64,000 nt of DNA from Macrostomum lignano (taxonomy: Eukaryota). The stretch is taken from positions 310,001 through 374,000 of the forward strand of contig NIVC01000031.1 in the NCBI GenBank assembly GCA_002269645.1. Direction: 5' to 3'. This document shows positions 37,159-49,200 of the stretch, one piece after another. The position numbers were made by a program, and so were the translations under genes. Numbering within the stretch: position 1 is the first letter of the stretch; every line of letters begins with the position of its first letter. The notes under the pieces were generated by a model that did not search any database, had not been told where the DNA came from, and saw only the letters and a list, made by a program, of their open reading frames with translations.

Positions 37159-39270
37159 CGGTCATTACAGTACATGTAGGCTATGAAAAATCGGTCATTA
37201 CAGTACATATGTAGGCTATGAAGAATCGGTCATTACAGTACATGTAGGCTATGAAGAAACGGTCATTACAGTACATGTAGGTTAATAAAAATCGGTCATT
37301 ACAGTGCATGTAGGTTATTAAAAATCGGTCATTACAGTACATGTAGGCTATGAAGAATCGGTCATTACAGTACATGTAGGTTAATAAAAATCGGTCATTA
37401 CAGTGCATGTAGGTTATTAAAAATCGATCATTACAGTACATGTAGGCTATGAAGAAACGGTCATTACAGTACATGTAGGTTAATAAAAATCGGTCATTAC
37501 AGTGCATGTAGGTTATTAAAAATCGGTCATTACAGTACATGTAGGCTATGAAGAATCGGTCATTACAGAACATGTAGGTTATTAAAAATCAATCATTACA
37601 GTACATGCAGGTTAATAAAAATCGGTCTTTACAGTACATGTAGGTTAATAAAAATCGGTCATTACAGTGCATGTAGGTTATTAAAAATCGATCATTACAG
37701 TACATGTAGGCTATGAAGAATCGGTCATTGCAGTACATGCAGGTTAATAAAAATCGGTCATTACAGGTGCATGTAGGTTATTAGAAATCGGTCATTACAG
37801 TGCATGTAGGTTGGTAAAAATCGGTCATTACAGTGCATGTAGGTTGGTAAAAATCGATCATTACAGTACATGTAGGCTATGAAGAATCGGTCATTGCAGT
37901 ACATGTATATAGGTTAATAAAAATCGGTCTTTACAGGTGCATGTAGGTTATTAAAAATTGGTCATTACAGTGCATGTAGGTTGGTAAAAATCGGTCATTA
38001 CAGTACATGTAGGTTAATAAAAATCGGTCATTACAGTGCATGTAGGTTATTAAAAATCGATCATTACAGTACATGTAGGCTATGAAGAATCGGTCATTAC
38101 AGTACATGTAGGTTAATAAAAATCGGTCATTACAGTGCATGTAGGTTATTAAAAATCGATCATTACAGTACATGTAGGCTATGAAGAAACGGTCATTACA
38201 GTACATGTAGGTTAATAAAAATCGGTCATTACAGTGCATGTAGGTTATTAAAAATCGGTCATTACAGTACATGTAGGCTATGAAGAATCGGTCATTGCAG
38301 TACATGCAGGTTAATAAAAATCGGTCATTACAGGTGCATGTAGGTTATTAGAAATCGGTCATTACAGTGCATGTAGGTTGGTAAAAATCGATCATTACAG
38401 TACATGTAGGCTATGAAGAATCGGTCATTGCAGTACATGTATATAGGTTAATAAAAATCGGTCTTTACAGGTGCATGTAGGTTATTAAAAATTGGTCATT
38501 ACAGTGCATGTAGGTTGGTAAAAATCGGTCATTACAGTACATGTAGGTTAATAAAAATCGGTCATTACAGTGCATGTAGGTTATTAAAAATCGATCATTA
38601 CAGTACATGTAGGCTATGAAGAAACGGTCATTACAGTACATGTAGGTTAATAAAAATCGGTCATTACAGTGCATGTAGGTTATTAAAAATCGGTCATTAC
38701 AGTACATGTAGGCTATGAAGAATCGGTCATTGCAGTACATGCAGGTTAATAAAAATCGGTCATTACAGGTGCATGTAGGTTATTAGAAATCGGTCATTAC
38801 AGTGCATGTAGGTTGGTAAAAATCGGTCATTACAGTGCATGTAGGTTGGTAAAAATCGATCATTACAGTACATGTAGGCTATGAAGAATCGGTCATTGCA
38901 GTACATGTATATAGGTTAATAAAAATCGGTCTTTACAGTACATGTAGGTTATTAAAAATCGGTCTTTACAGTACATGTAAGTTATTAAAAATCGGTCATT
39001 ACAGTACATGTAGGCTATGAAGAATCGGTCATTGCAGTACATGCAGGTTAATAAAAATCGGTCATTACAGGTGCATGTAGGTTATTAAAAATCGGTCATT
39101 ACAGTGCATGTAGGTTGGTAAAAATCGGTCATTACAGTGCATGTAGGTTGGTAAAAATCGATCATTACAGTACATGTAGGCTATGAAGAATCGGTCATTA
39201 CAGTACATGTAGGCTACGAAATATCGGTCATTACAGTACATGTAGGCTACGAAATATCGGTCATTACAGT
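37159..39270. repeat. 33-bp minisatellite with higher-order structure (AATCGGTCATTACAGTACATGTAGG + variable 8-9 nt)
   Basis: About 64 copies; three variants cycle. Confidence 0.95.
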
Positions 39271-39780
39271 AAATTTATGTCACTGATCGCTATTAATAAA
39301 ACATGAAATGCACAGCCTCATGTTTCTCAATGCTTTTCTCAAATGCTTCTCAATGGAATCCAACCAGAATCTCACCCGAGTTTCACCAGAATCCATGAAT
39401 TAGCAGCTTTCCGATGTACGTACGCCTAAATGTATCAGGAAATGAAAACAAGAATGTAATGAGTACAAGAAAAATATGCATTTGATATGCAGTTACTATT
39501 AAAAATTGGGTAAAAGTCAATTATAACAATTACTAAGCATTGGATCGAGGGCCAATGCAAACAATCTCTGCAGGGTGAGGCAATTCGTCTGCGGGCGATT
39601 CTCGTGCTTCCAAACTGACGCTTGTAACACACATGCCTCTGGACTTGCTAGTGGGTTGACGAGGGATGATTAAAAATTATGAAAACTTTGCTGACTATTG
39701 AGAGGGTAGGGATGGGAGAAGAGGGTAGAGAGAGAAGAGTAAAGAAGAGGGACTAGAGGGGAGGAGGGGAGACTAAATGC

Positions 39781-40147
39781 AATGTCTAACAGGAGACTCC
39801 CATGTCTAACAGGAGACTTCCGTGTCTAACAGGAGACTCCCGTGTCTAACAGGAGACTCCCATGTCTAACAGGAGACTCCTGTGTCTAACAGGAGACTTC
39901 CGTGTCTAACAGGAGACTTCCGTGTCTAACAGGAGACTTCCGTGTCTAACAGGAGACTTCCGTGTCTAATAGGAGACTTCCGTGTCTACCAGGAGACTCC
40001 CATGTCTAACAGGAGACTTCCGTGTCTAACAGGAGACTCCCATGTCTAACAGGAGACTTCCGTGTCTAACAGGAGACTCCCGTGTCTAACAGGAGACTTC
40101 CGTGTCTAATAGGAGACTCCCGTGTCTAACAGGAGACTCCCGTGTCT
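39781..40147. repeat. 20-bp minisatellite (GTGTCTAACAGGAGACTCCC)n
   Basis: About 18 copies. Confidence 0.95.
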
Positions 40148-40156
40148 GACATCGCA

Positions 40157-40610
40157 GGTGTACTTTAGTTTAAAACCATACTCTGCTATCTACAGTAGTC
40201 TCAAAAGTGTTTCCCATCAAATTCGGTCCAAATGAAAGCAGAAATGCGGTTTTATTCTCATTTTCCTGCTCAAAACAGCGGCGCCCCGCTGAGGTGGCTG
40301 AGCAGCCCCTCATGCCCCGCCATTGTCTCAGTTCAATGCAATGCGAAGCCACTGCAAATACTTATTCATGCACATTGCAGTGCACTCAGTGAGCACAGAC
40401 TCGACTGTCTGCCAGCATCATTGATGATCAGCTGTTCAAAAGAGACGCACAGAATGGCTGACGCTCGTTCGAACAGACTTGAGTCTCAACTCGAGTCTCC
40501 CCCGTTGCCATAGCAACTGGAGCAGCTCTGCAGCGTACGTCTGTCCAGTTAAGGGCACTGCACATCTTGCTCACTGCGTGAGGGGCCGAGCCCTGAGGCA
40601 GCCTCTGACC
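40157..40610 (+). other. Possible coding exon(s), GC-richer and Cys-rich, frame unresolved
   Basis: A CTGACATCGCAG acceptor-like site ends the repeat. Composition resembles the 34-36 kb gene, but no single long frame is present. Confidence 0.3.
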
Positions 40611-40905
40611 TCATGATACTTTTGAAAACAATGGCCAGCTTCATTGAATGCCCAGGCCTTCTTCGTCAGATCTGCCTTCCCCACACTGTTGTGTGCACTG
40701 CACTGAGACGTGAGGCTCAAAAATGACCTGATATTCACCGCCTCGTTGCAAGCAAGATCTTTGAATTGCTTTTATCATTTCTTATATTCTTATATTTCTT
40801 ATATTTTTATCATTTCTGGGTCTTTCTAGGAAGCTAGATTTATAATAACTGACGCAAATGGTCCTTGTCACGACTGTCTTTGGGGCTGTCTGTGAGGCTA
40901 TCTGT

Positions 40906-41418
40906 GGGTCACGGCAAATCAGGACACAGCGGGTCACGGCAAGTCAGGACACAGCGGGTCACGGCAAGTCAGGACACAGCGGGTCACGGCAAATCAGGAC
41001 ACAGCGGGTCACGGCAAGTCAGGACACAGCGGGTCACGGCAAGTCAGGACACAGCGGGTCACGGCAAGTCAGGACACAGCGGGTCACGGCAAGTCAGGAC
41101 ACAGCGGGTCACGGCAAGTCAGGACACAGCGGGTCACGGCAAGTCAGGACACAGCGGGTCACGGCAAATCAGGACACAGCGGGTCACGGCAAGTCAGGAC
41201 ACAGCGGGTCACGGCAAGTCAGGACACAGCGGGTCACGGCAAGTCAGGACACAGCGGGTCACGGCAAGTCAGGACACAGCGGGTCACGGCAAGTCAGGAC
41301 ACAGCGGGTCACAGCAAGTCAGGACACAGCGGGTCACGGCAAGTCAGGACACAGCGGGTCACGGCAAGTCAGGACACAGCGGGTCACGGCAAGTCAGGAC
41401 ACAGCGGGTCACGGCAAG
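40906..41418. repeat. 25-bp minisatellite (GGGTCACGGCAAGTCAGGACACAGC)n
   Basis: About 20 near-perfect copies. Confidence 0.97.
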
Positions 41419-42660
41419 CCAAGCGGTGGCTGTATATTTAACTGAGAACTCTTGAGTAAGCACTGGACTTCCTGCTCCAACAGTTGCTAATAAAAAGTCA
41501 GTCCAAAAATCAAATACAAAAATCAGAGCCGGAAAAAGCGCCAAACCGGTGGCTGAAAAATGTGAAAAATTCTCGGCAACAGAAAATCTGGAGTAGACAT
41601 TGAGCAGTCTGAGCAGATTGGGGAAATTGTGATTGGCTTTGTGCCAGAGTTTCAAAATCAACATTGATCAGCTTAAAACTGAAGTAGCACTCGAGTCAGC
41701 ACAAAAATGTCTCATTGATTAAAAGGAGCAACCGGTAAAACAAACTCGGCAGTCAAAAAAAATTAAATCGGGGCCGAATAATAAAAACTGGCAGGAAAGT
41801 TGATTACACAAAGGATGTAATTAGATAAAGAAACAAGGCAACCGGTTAAACAAAATGGACGCAAGTATCATGAAATTTTTTGTCAAAAAGTAAGCCTCTG
41901 AGGTTCAGGTTTAAGTTAAGCTCCGCTAAAACAAGAAACAGGCCACCAAGTCTTATAAAAGTTGGGTTCCAAAAATATTTGAATTTTCACTGCCGACAAC
42001 TGCCCAACGCCATTGCAGTTTAAGGATAAACAAATGATTAATGCCTCAGGTTCATTGGAAGACCCAATTGATATGCTGATCAGCTCAGATCCGCTCCCTC
42101 ACAGCCCGTCGCTCTCGCAGTCACGATGAGGCACTCAGGAAGCTGTGCCGCAGCAGCTCCGCGGTGTCCGCTCGCTTCCTCGGGTCATAGTCTACGCACC
42201 TGAGGTAGAAGTCCTTCAGGCCGGCTGAGAACCCGTCCGCAATCCGAGGCATCTCCTGCCTTCTATCCCTCAGAATGCCAATATTTACACTTGGCTGGTT
42301 CCTATCAGGAGGCTGCATGGCCGTCATCTCAAACACGGTGCAGCCGAAGGCCCACACGTCGGTCTTGGCTGAGTACGGAATCGAGTCACCCTCGCCCATG
42401 AACAGCTCCGGAGCCATGAAGTAGGTGGTGCCTTTCGGTCCAAAGCCTGTGCTCAGATCGCAGCTCTTCCCGACCTCCTTGGCCAAACCGAAGTCGATCA
42501 GCTTGATGACGCCCTCGTTAGTGAGCATCACGTTGTTGCAGTTCACATCGCGGTGCAGGATGGTGCCGTCTGGGTGGCAGTGCAGGAACTTCAGGCCTGA
42601 GCAGATCTGCAAATTGAGCAGTTTTGAGCAGTCATGAGAGTGCATCTATCCATTCTGGAT

Positions 42661-42912
42661 CCCACCCACACTGACCTGATCTCACACTGATCCCACACTG
42701 TATCCTATGTCTGATCCCACACTGATCCCACACTAATCTCACACTGATCTCACACTGATCCCACGCTGATCCCACACTGATCCCACACTGATCCCACACT
42801 GATCCCACATTGATCCCACACTAATCCCACACTGATCCCACACTGATCCCACACTGATCCCAAACTCATCCCACACTCATCCCACACTCATCCCACACTC
42901 ATCCCACACTCA
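42661..42912. repeat. 11-bp minisatellite (CCCACACTGAT)n in a kinase intron
   Basis: About 22 copies. Confidence 0.93.
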
Positions 42913-43626
42913 CCCCACCCATGCCAGGCAATGCCACAGAACCCAAAGACGCACCTGTCTGGAGAAGTCCCTGACCCCGGACTCCTTGAACGGCTTTTTC
43001 TGACGCTCCATCAGCTCAAAGAGGCTGTGACCCGAGACCAGCTCGGTGAAGATGTACAGCCCATCCGACTTCTGCTCGCACTTGAGGAACTGCAGAATGT
43101 TGGGATGCGAGAGTCGCTTGAGGATCTCAACTCCCCGCTTCTCCATCTCGACGGCTTTCTGCAGCTTCCCCGATTGGCCGGTGCCGCTCAGGGGCAGCAC
43201 CTTGACAGCCACCGTCTGGTTGCGGTCTGTGAGGGCCTTGTACACCTCACCGAATCCGCCACGGCCGATGAGCTGCTTCTTGTTGTCCTGTAGGATGAAG
43301 TCCCAGTCAGTGAAGCTGGGGTCCAGCTGCTTCTTGGTGCTGGAAATGAGGTGAAGGAGTTCGATAAATATTGTCTTGCTTGGGGGCGCTATGAGGAGGT
43401 TGGGGGCGCCATGAGGAGGTTGTGGCATTATGGGGAGCTGCCCTGACAAATTTGTGACGCCCTCGCTTGACTGCGGCGCTGCCGAGAATTTCAGGGCGCC
43501 GATCATCAAAGCGCAATGAATTTTCGGCTAAAATGGGGTCCAGTTGCTTTTTGGCGCTAGAAAACTTGAGTTGAAGGAATTCGTTGAATTTTGTGTTGCT
43601 TGGGGCTTTCTGAGTATTTTGGGACT

Positions 43627-43790
43627 CACCACCCTTCTGCGTCACCACCCTTCTGCGTCACCACCCTTCTGCGTCACCACCCTTCTGCGTCACCACCCTT
43701 CTGCGTCACCACCCTTCTGCGTCACCACCCTTCTGCGTCACCACCCTTCTGCGTCACCACCCTTCTGCGTCACCACCCTTCTGCGTCACC
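43627..43790. repeat. 16-bp minisatellite (CACCACCCTTCTGCGT)n
   Basis: About 10 perfect copies; the same family occurs at 52289-52503. Confidence 0.95.
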
Positions 43791-44059
43791 AACAGCCGGC
43801 GCCACACATTTACAGCGCGGACTCACCGAGTCTCCTCAGGCAGTCCCCCCTCGGACGGCCCAGGCGGCCTGACGCGCTCCCGAGCTCGCGGGCGGGGACG
43901 CGGAGCTGAAGCGCTGTGGGAAGCGATGAGGCGAGTGACTCCCAAATATGGGTTTTTGCGAGTGAGCCCGTTAAATATATCTGGGTCGCTATGGCAGCAC
44001 TTGAACTCTGCCAATGCTTTGTCTGCCTGCCTGACTGCCTGCAAATGGAACTCTGGGTG

Positions 44060-44310
44060 GCGCCATGGGGAGATCGGGAGCGTCAAGGGGAGGTTGGGGG
44101 GCGCCATGAGGAGGTTGGGGACGCCATGAGGAGGTTGGGGACGCCATGAGGAGGTTGGGGGCGCTATGAGGAGGTTGGGGGCGCCATGAGGAGGTTGGGG
44201 GCGCCATGGGGAGATTTCAAGAGCTGCCCTGAAAATCCGTGACGCCCTCGCTTGACTGCGGCGCTGCTGAGAATTTCAGGGCGCCGATCATCAAAGCGCA
44301 ATGAATTTTC
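44060..44310. repeat. 19-bp repeat (GGGGCGCCATGAGGAGGTT) plus ~90-bp block, duplicated at 43380-43525
   Basis: GAGCTGCCCTGA...GTGACGCCCTCGCTTGACTGCGGCGCTG.GAGAATTTCAGGGCGCCGATCATCAAAGCGCAATGAATTTTC is present in two adjacent introns. Confidence 0.85.
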
Positions 44311-46277
44311 GCCAAACAATATTTTCAGTATTTTTAGTGTCAGGCAGCAGTTCTCAGTCAGAACTCACCCAGCTGAGGCGGCAGGCGGCGCTGAGCTGCC
44401 AGCGGGAGGCCGAGAGGCTTCGAGCCGCCGCTGCGTGGAAGAAATCCAGGCCCGCTTTGCTGACTGGGCTGTGCGGCACCAATCAATCTCAACAACATCA
44501 ACCGGTGTTTCGCCATCTTTGTTCTTCAAGCTGAACATTTTGGCTCCGATTTGGTAAAAAATGAACTGAAGAGAGTCGACTGGCTGATGCTTAGCGGCCA
44601 AATGGACGGCGGTGTCACCTTCTTTGTCAGGAACTGTGAGACAGTCGCTGCCGAGCTCCTTCACCAGCCACTTCAGATTTGAATTGTCAGACTTCAGAGC
44701 AGCAAAGTGAAATGCTGTTCTATCCCACAGTCCTCCTTTCAGCCGAAAGCAGTCAGTTCCGATCTGTCTCTTGATCCACTCCAGCGACTCGATGCCCTGA
44801 TGCTGAGCGGCCAAATGGACGGCCGTGACACCGTCTTCGTCAGGAACTGTGAGACAGTCGCTGCCGAGCTCCTTCACCAGCCACTTCAGATTTGAATTGT
44901 CAGGCTTCTCAACAGCATAGTGAAATGCTGATCTATTTCAAAACCCCTTCAGCCGAAAGCATTTAGTTCCGATCTGTCTCTTGATCCACTCCAGCGAGTC
45001 GATGCCCTGAAAAAGAGCAGCTAAATGGACGGCCGTGTCACCGTCCTTGTCAGGAAATGTGAGCCAGTTGCTGCCGAGCTCCTTCACCAGCCACTTTAGA
45101 CAAGATTCGCTTTTTCTGTTCATAGCGGCAAAGTGAGCGACTGTCTGTTCCAATCTATCGACAATTGTCAAACTGCCTCTGCCTCCCCTCTGTTTAACCA
45201 GCTCCATCCAAGATTCGTCCTGATGCAGGGCTGCCAAGTGCACTAGAGTCTCACCATCACCCCTATTATTTCTTTGTGTCAGACAGCCGGATCCGAATCT
45301 GTCAATTAGCAGCTTCAGGCACGACAATCTCACCGGCTTGCAGGCCACGTGATGGGCCAGCGGCATTTTGCGACGCTCTTCAAAGGGAAAATCTTGCCTG
45401 TCGAACGCGCCCACCTCCAGCCAGCTGTTGCTGCCGACTTTACCGCACAGTCGTTGCAGCTCCTCGCTGTCTCCAGCCTCCAGCGCCGCTCTCAGCTTTC
45501 GCTCCATCTCCATGGATACACTCCCAGTGTTTCCCATTGCCGGCTTCTCCTAGCAGCGCTTCTCTGCTGATTTGCTGTCTGCCGCAGCTGTTCCACACGG
45601 CTTTAAACTGAGTGCTTTGCTCTTCTTCAAGCGAATTTGCCCTGCCAGCTCAGCAGCAGCAGCAAAAGTCCCGCTGTCACGGACTGAAATCTCTGAGCTC
45701 TCCCTGTGCAGAGAAATTTGTTTAAATGGACTGAGGCCGATTCTCTTCTCTGACCCAGTGGCTGTGTTTGAGGCCTGATTGGGTGCCAGGGGGTCCGGCA
45801 GCTGCTCTGCTCAGCGGGTGAGAGATGCAGGAGCAGTGAGATGCTGCGAGCTCTGCTGAGTTAAACAATGAGAGCTGACTGTGGCTGCTGCGTGCTCGGC
45901 ATAGCAAGTGCAAATTGTTTTTAGAATGCAGTAGGCATGAGAGAAGAGAGAAGAATGGAAGATATGTATTGCAGAGAGGACTTAAATAGGCTTTAATGCT
46001 AGCACAAACTTAAAGCTAGCTCGTATAGCTATGGGTTGTTAATCATGAGCAACGTAGTATAGGACGCTGGACGATCGCTGGTTGTGAAATGCATCATCGA
46101 GGTGGGAATCCTATATACTAAAAATGAAAATCTTGCTTGCTTGCTTGTAATCGAATATTGACCATATTTCGCCTTTAAAGTGCAGCAACAGTTTTGACTT
46201 AGGCAAGGACTTTTTAATCAGTTAAATAATCTTGTATTGTGAAGCAAGTGGTTTATCTGACAGAAGTCCTTGAGCAA

Positions 46278-49200
46278 CTTGACTTACTTGACTTAGCTGC
46301 AGGGCGGTCCGAAGACGCAGCGGGGAGGCGAGCGTCGCCCATTCCGCTAATCCCTGAAAGACCCGCATAGGCTAGGGCGCGGGGCCGGTCAGGGAGGTCT
46401 GCCGGTCCTGTCTGCAGCGTTGTCTTCGGTGGGGAAGACGGAGGCTCGCTTGGTGGCCCGGAGGAACCGGATGAGCCGTGGGATGTTCTCGGGCCGGCAA
46501 ACGTCGTCCAGGGACGGGTTGGGCCCGAGGTGGTTGAGCCGGTCTCGGTTGAAGGCCGGGCAGTAGCAGACGAAGTGCTTGGCATCTTCGTTCTCGAGGT
46601 TGCAGTAAGGGCAGAGTTCGCTCCGGCGGGCACTTCGGAGGAAACAATGCCTGGCAAAGCAACCGTGACCTGTGAAGGTCATAGTGAGAGCGCGGATATC
46701 TTTTCGATTTTGGTTCAAAAGGATTCTCCGCAGCTTGAGGGACGGATTGGGCACTGCCGCACGGGATTGGCGGCAGTTGGAAATGCCATCCCATCTGCGT
46801 AGATGCAGGACGTCCGCCCAATCGTTAATCTTACGATTAATGACCGTGGCGGGGATTGGGGCCAGGGGCACGGGGCCAAGGAGCGAGCCAGAACTACCCG
46901 CCTTGGCGAGGGAGTCGGCGAGCTCGTTACCTTTGAACCCAGCGTGTCCTGGGATCCACGTGAGCCGGACGGTGTTCCTCCGAGCCAGCTTGTTGAGCTG
47001 CCCGATACAGTCGCGGACTGTTCGGGAGTTCGTAGTGGTGTGACACAGGGCCTGCAAAGCGGCCTGGCTGTCAGAGTGGAAGAAGATTTTTCTGTCCTTG
47101 AAGTCCCTGCAGTGGAGCTCAGCTGCACACGAGCTGATGGCAAGGAGTTCATTCTGGAAGACGCTGGAGAGTCTGCCAGTGTGTTCGGCGTGAGTAGCGA
47201 TCACGCGGCCATTGATAAGGATGAAGACTCCAAAGCCGGATAAACCGTCTTTGGAGGATCCATCAGTGAAGCAGTGAACCTCCTGAGGGGCCCAGCTGTC
47301 GTTGGCGTTCTCCCTGGAAGGGATAGTGACCCCAAAGTGTTGGTGGAGATTTAGGAAGCGCGGCTTAGCGTCCGAAAGGACAGCCGCACTCCCTCTCTCC
47401 TCCAGAACTTTAAGGCACAGGTCAGAGTGCGGCAGGAGCATGCGCTTCGCCATCGCTCTTTGTGGCTTGAAACTAACACCAGTCTCGATGAGCCGGCTGG
47501 TGGTTTTAGCAGCCTCGGGACGGACAAAGATGTCCAGAGGCGGGAGGCAAAAAAAGGCGTTGAGGCCGTCAAAGGGAGCAGAGAGCGGGGCATTCAGGAT
47601 CATGCGGCACGCACGTCCCTGCACCTTTTTGAGGGCTTCGTGGCAGGTTTTAATCTGCAGGGCGCTGGTCCAGATCAGCCCGGCGTAAGTAACGGCCGGT
47701 CGGACCATTGCGGTATAGATCCACCAGAGCCGCTTCGGGGTGAGGCCCCAGGTGGTGCCGACGGCTCTGCGCAGCTTCGCAAAGATCGCGAGGGCTTTTT
47801 TGGTCTTGGCCTGAACGTGGGTAGACCAGCTCAGCCGGTGGTCCAGCGTAACGCCGAGACACTTGGTTTTTTTGCAGGATGGGATTTCCACCCCGTAAAG
47901 CTTCAGTGGGCGAATACGCCAGTTTACCCTGCTGGTGAACATGATTACGACAGTTTTGGTCTCAGAGAGCCTGAGGCCGCACCTGTCCGCCCATTGTTCA
48001 GCAGAGTGAATAAAGTTTTGCAGAAGATCCCTAAGGGTTTCGGGTGACGGTCCGGATGCCACGGCTGTGACATCATCGGCGTAACCGACCTTAAGGATGG
48101 GGTCAAGATGGCTGTCCTGGAGGAGCTCATCGATGACCATGTTCCAGAGAACTGGAGAGAGGACATCGCCCTGGGGGCTGCCTTTGCAGACGGTTACCGT
48201 CCGTTAGTGGCCCAACAGGTGTGCGGTGGCAGTACGGTGGCTGATCATATACATGATCCACCGGGTGAGGTGCGAGTGGGTTCCTCTAGCACGTAGAGCT
48301 CTGTCAAAAGCCTCAAAGAGGACATTATCAAAGGCTCCAACAATGTCGAGGAAGACAGCGAGAGCGTAGCCATTGCCAAGAACGGCTTTCTCCAGCATGT
48401 CAACCAAACCGTGAAGCGCGCTCTCCGTGGACCTGCCTGCCCAAAAGGCGTGCTGGCTCTCACTGAGCGGCTTGTTCTTCAGTTCCACAGAGAGGAGGCG
48501 CCAGAGCACCAGTCTCTCTAACAGCTTCACCAGTGAGGAGGTGAGGCTAATTGGTCTGAAGGATTTAATGGACCGGTAGTCTGGTCGGCCGGGCTTGGGG
48601 ATAAAGACCACCTTGGCCTCGGTCCAGGGTTTCGGAACAAAGCCGAGAACAAGCAAGCTTTCAGAAGCCGGCAAAGGTTTCGCAGGAAACCGGCCCAATT
48701 CACCGCCTCCCGCAGGAAGGCTGGCACAACGCCGTCCGGTCCTGGGGATTTGAAGGGTTTGAAGGAGGAGACTGCTGTAGTAACGCGGTCCTCCGAGATG
48801 ATTGAGTCAGCCAGTACGTGTCCGCCCACTGAGTGATCAGGGGGGTCGGGCCTGGCTGGCTCGTTCGGGAAAAACGCTGTCAGCATCGCTTCCTGTGTTT
48901 CTCCTGGATTCTCAGTGAGTGAGCCGTCGGCTCTCTTGACTGAGGAGAGTTTGGACATTTTGTCCAGGGTGAGGGCTTTAACGATTCTGGAGGTGGGGCG
49001 GGAGCCCTCAAGTTCCTCACAGTATTCGCGCCACTTGTTGGTTTTGGCGTTCCTAACCTGCCTCTTGAACTCGTGGATAGAGTTCAGGTAGGCGGTTTGG
49101 TCGGCCGGGTTTTTAGTTTTTTGGGCCCTACGGTGAAGCCTTTTGGCTCTGCGACGGAGGTCGCCAAGCTGCGGGTTCCACCATGGGGCCGACTGTTTGC

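Larger units (their letters stand above)
42121..45537 (-). pseudogene. Ankyrin-repeat + STE11/MAP3K-like kinase gene (paralog 1); exons 45537-44369, 43913-43827, 43339-42955, 42606-42121; in-frame TGA at 44938-44940
   Basis: Starts MGNTGS; ANK repeats (TAVHLAA, TAFHFAA); kinase motifs [44 protein letters not shown]. All introns are GT-AG and phase-compatible. Confidence 0.85.

Noticed and set aside
9340-41418. CRISPR-like regular repeats
   Set aside because: Units are contiguous with no unique spacers, there are no cas genes, and the context is eukaryotic.
5467-41455. Many long ORFs such as YLSIYLSI, ERERER, WWAPLSLGG, VRQCVC, MYCNDRF and SGHSGSRQ
   Set aside because: They are translations of micro- and minisatellites, open in several frames at once, and mostly lie in introns.
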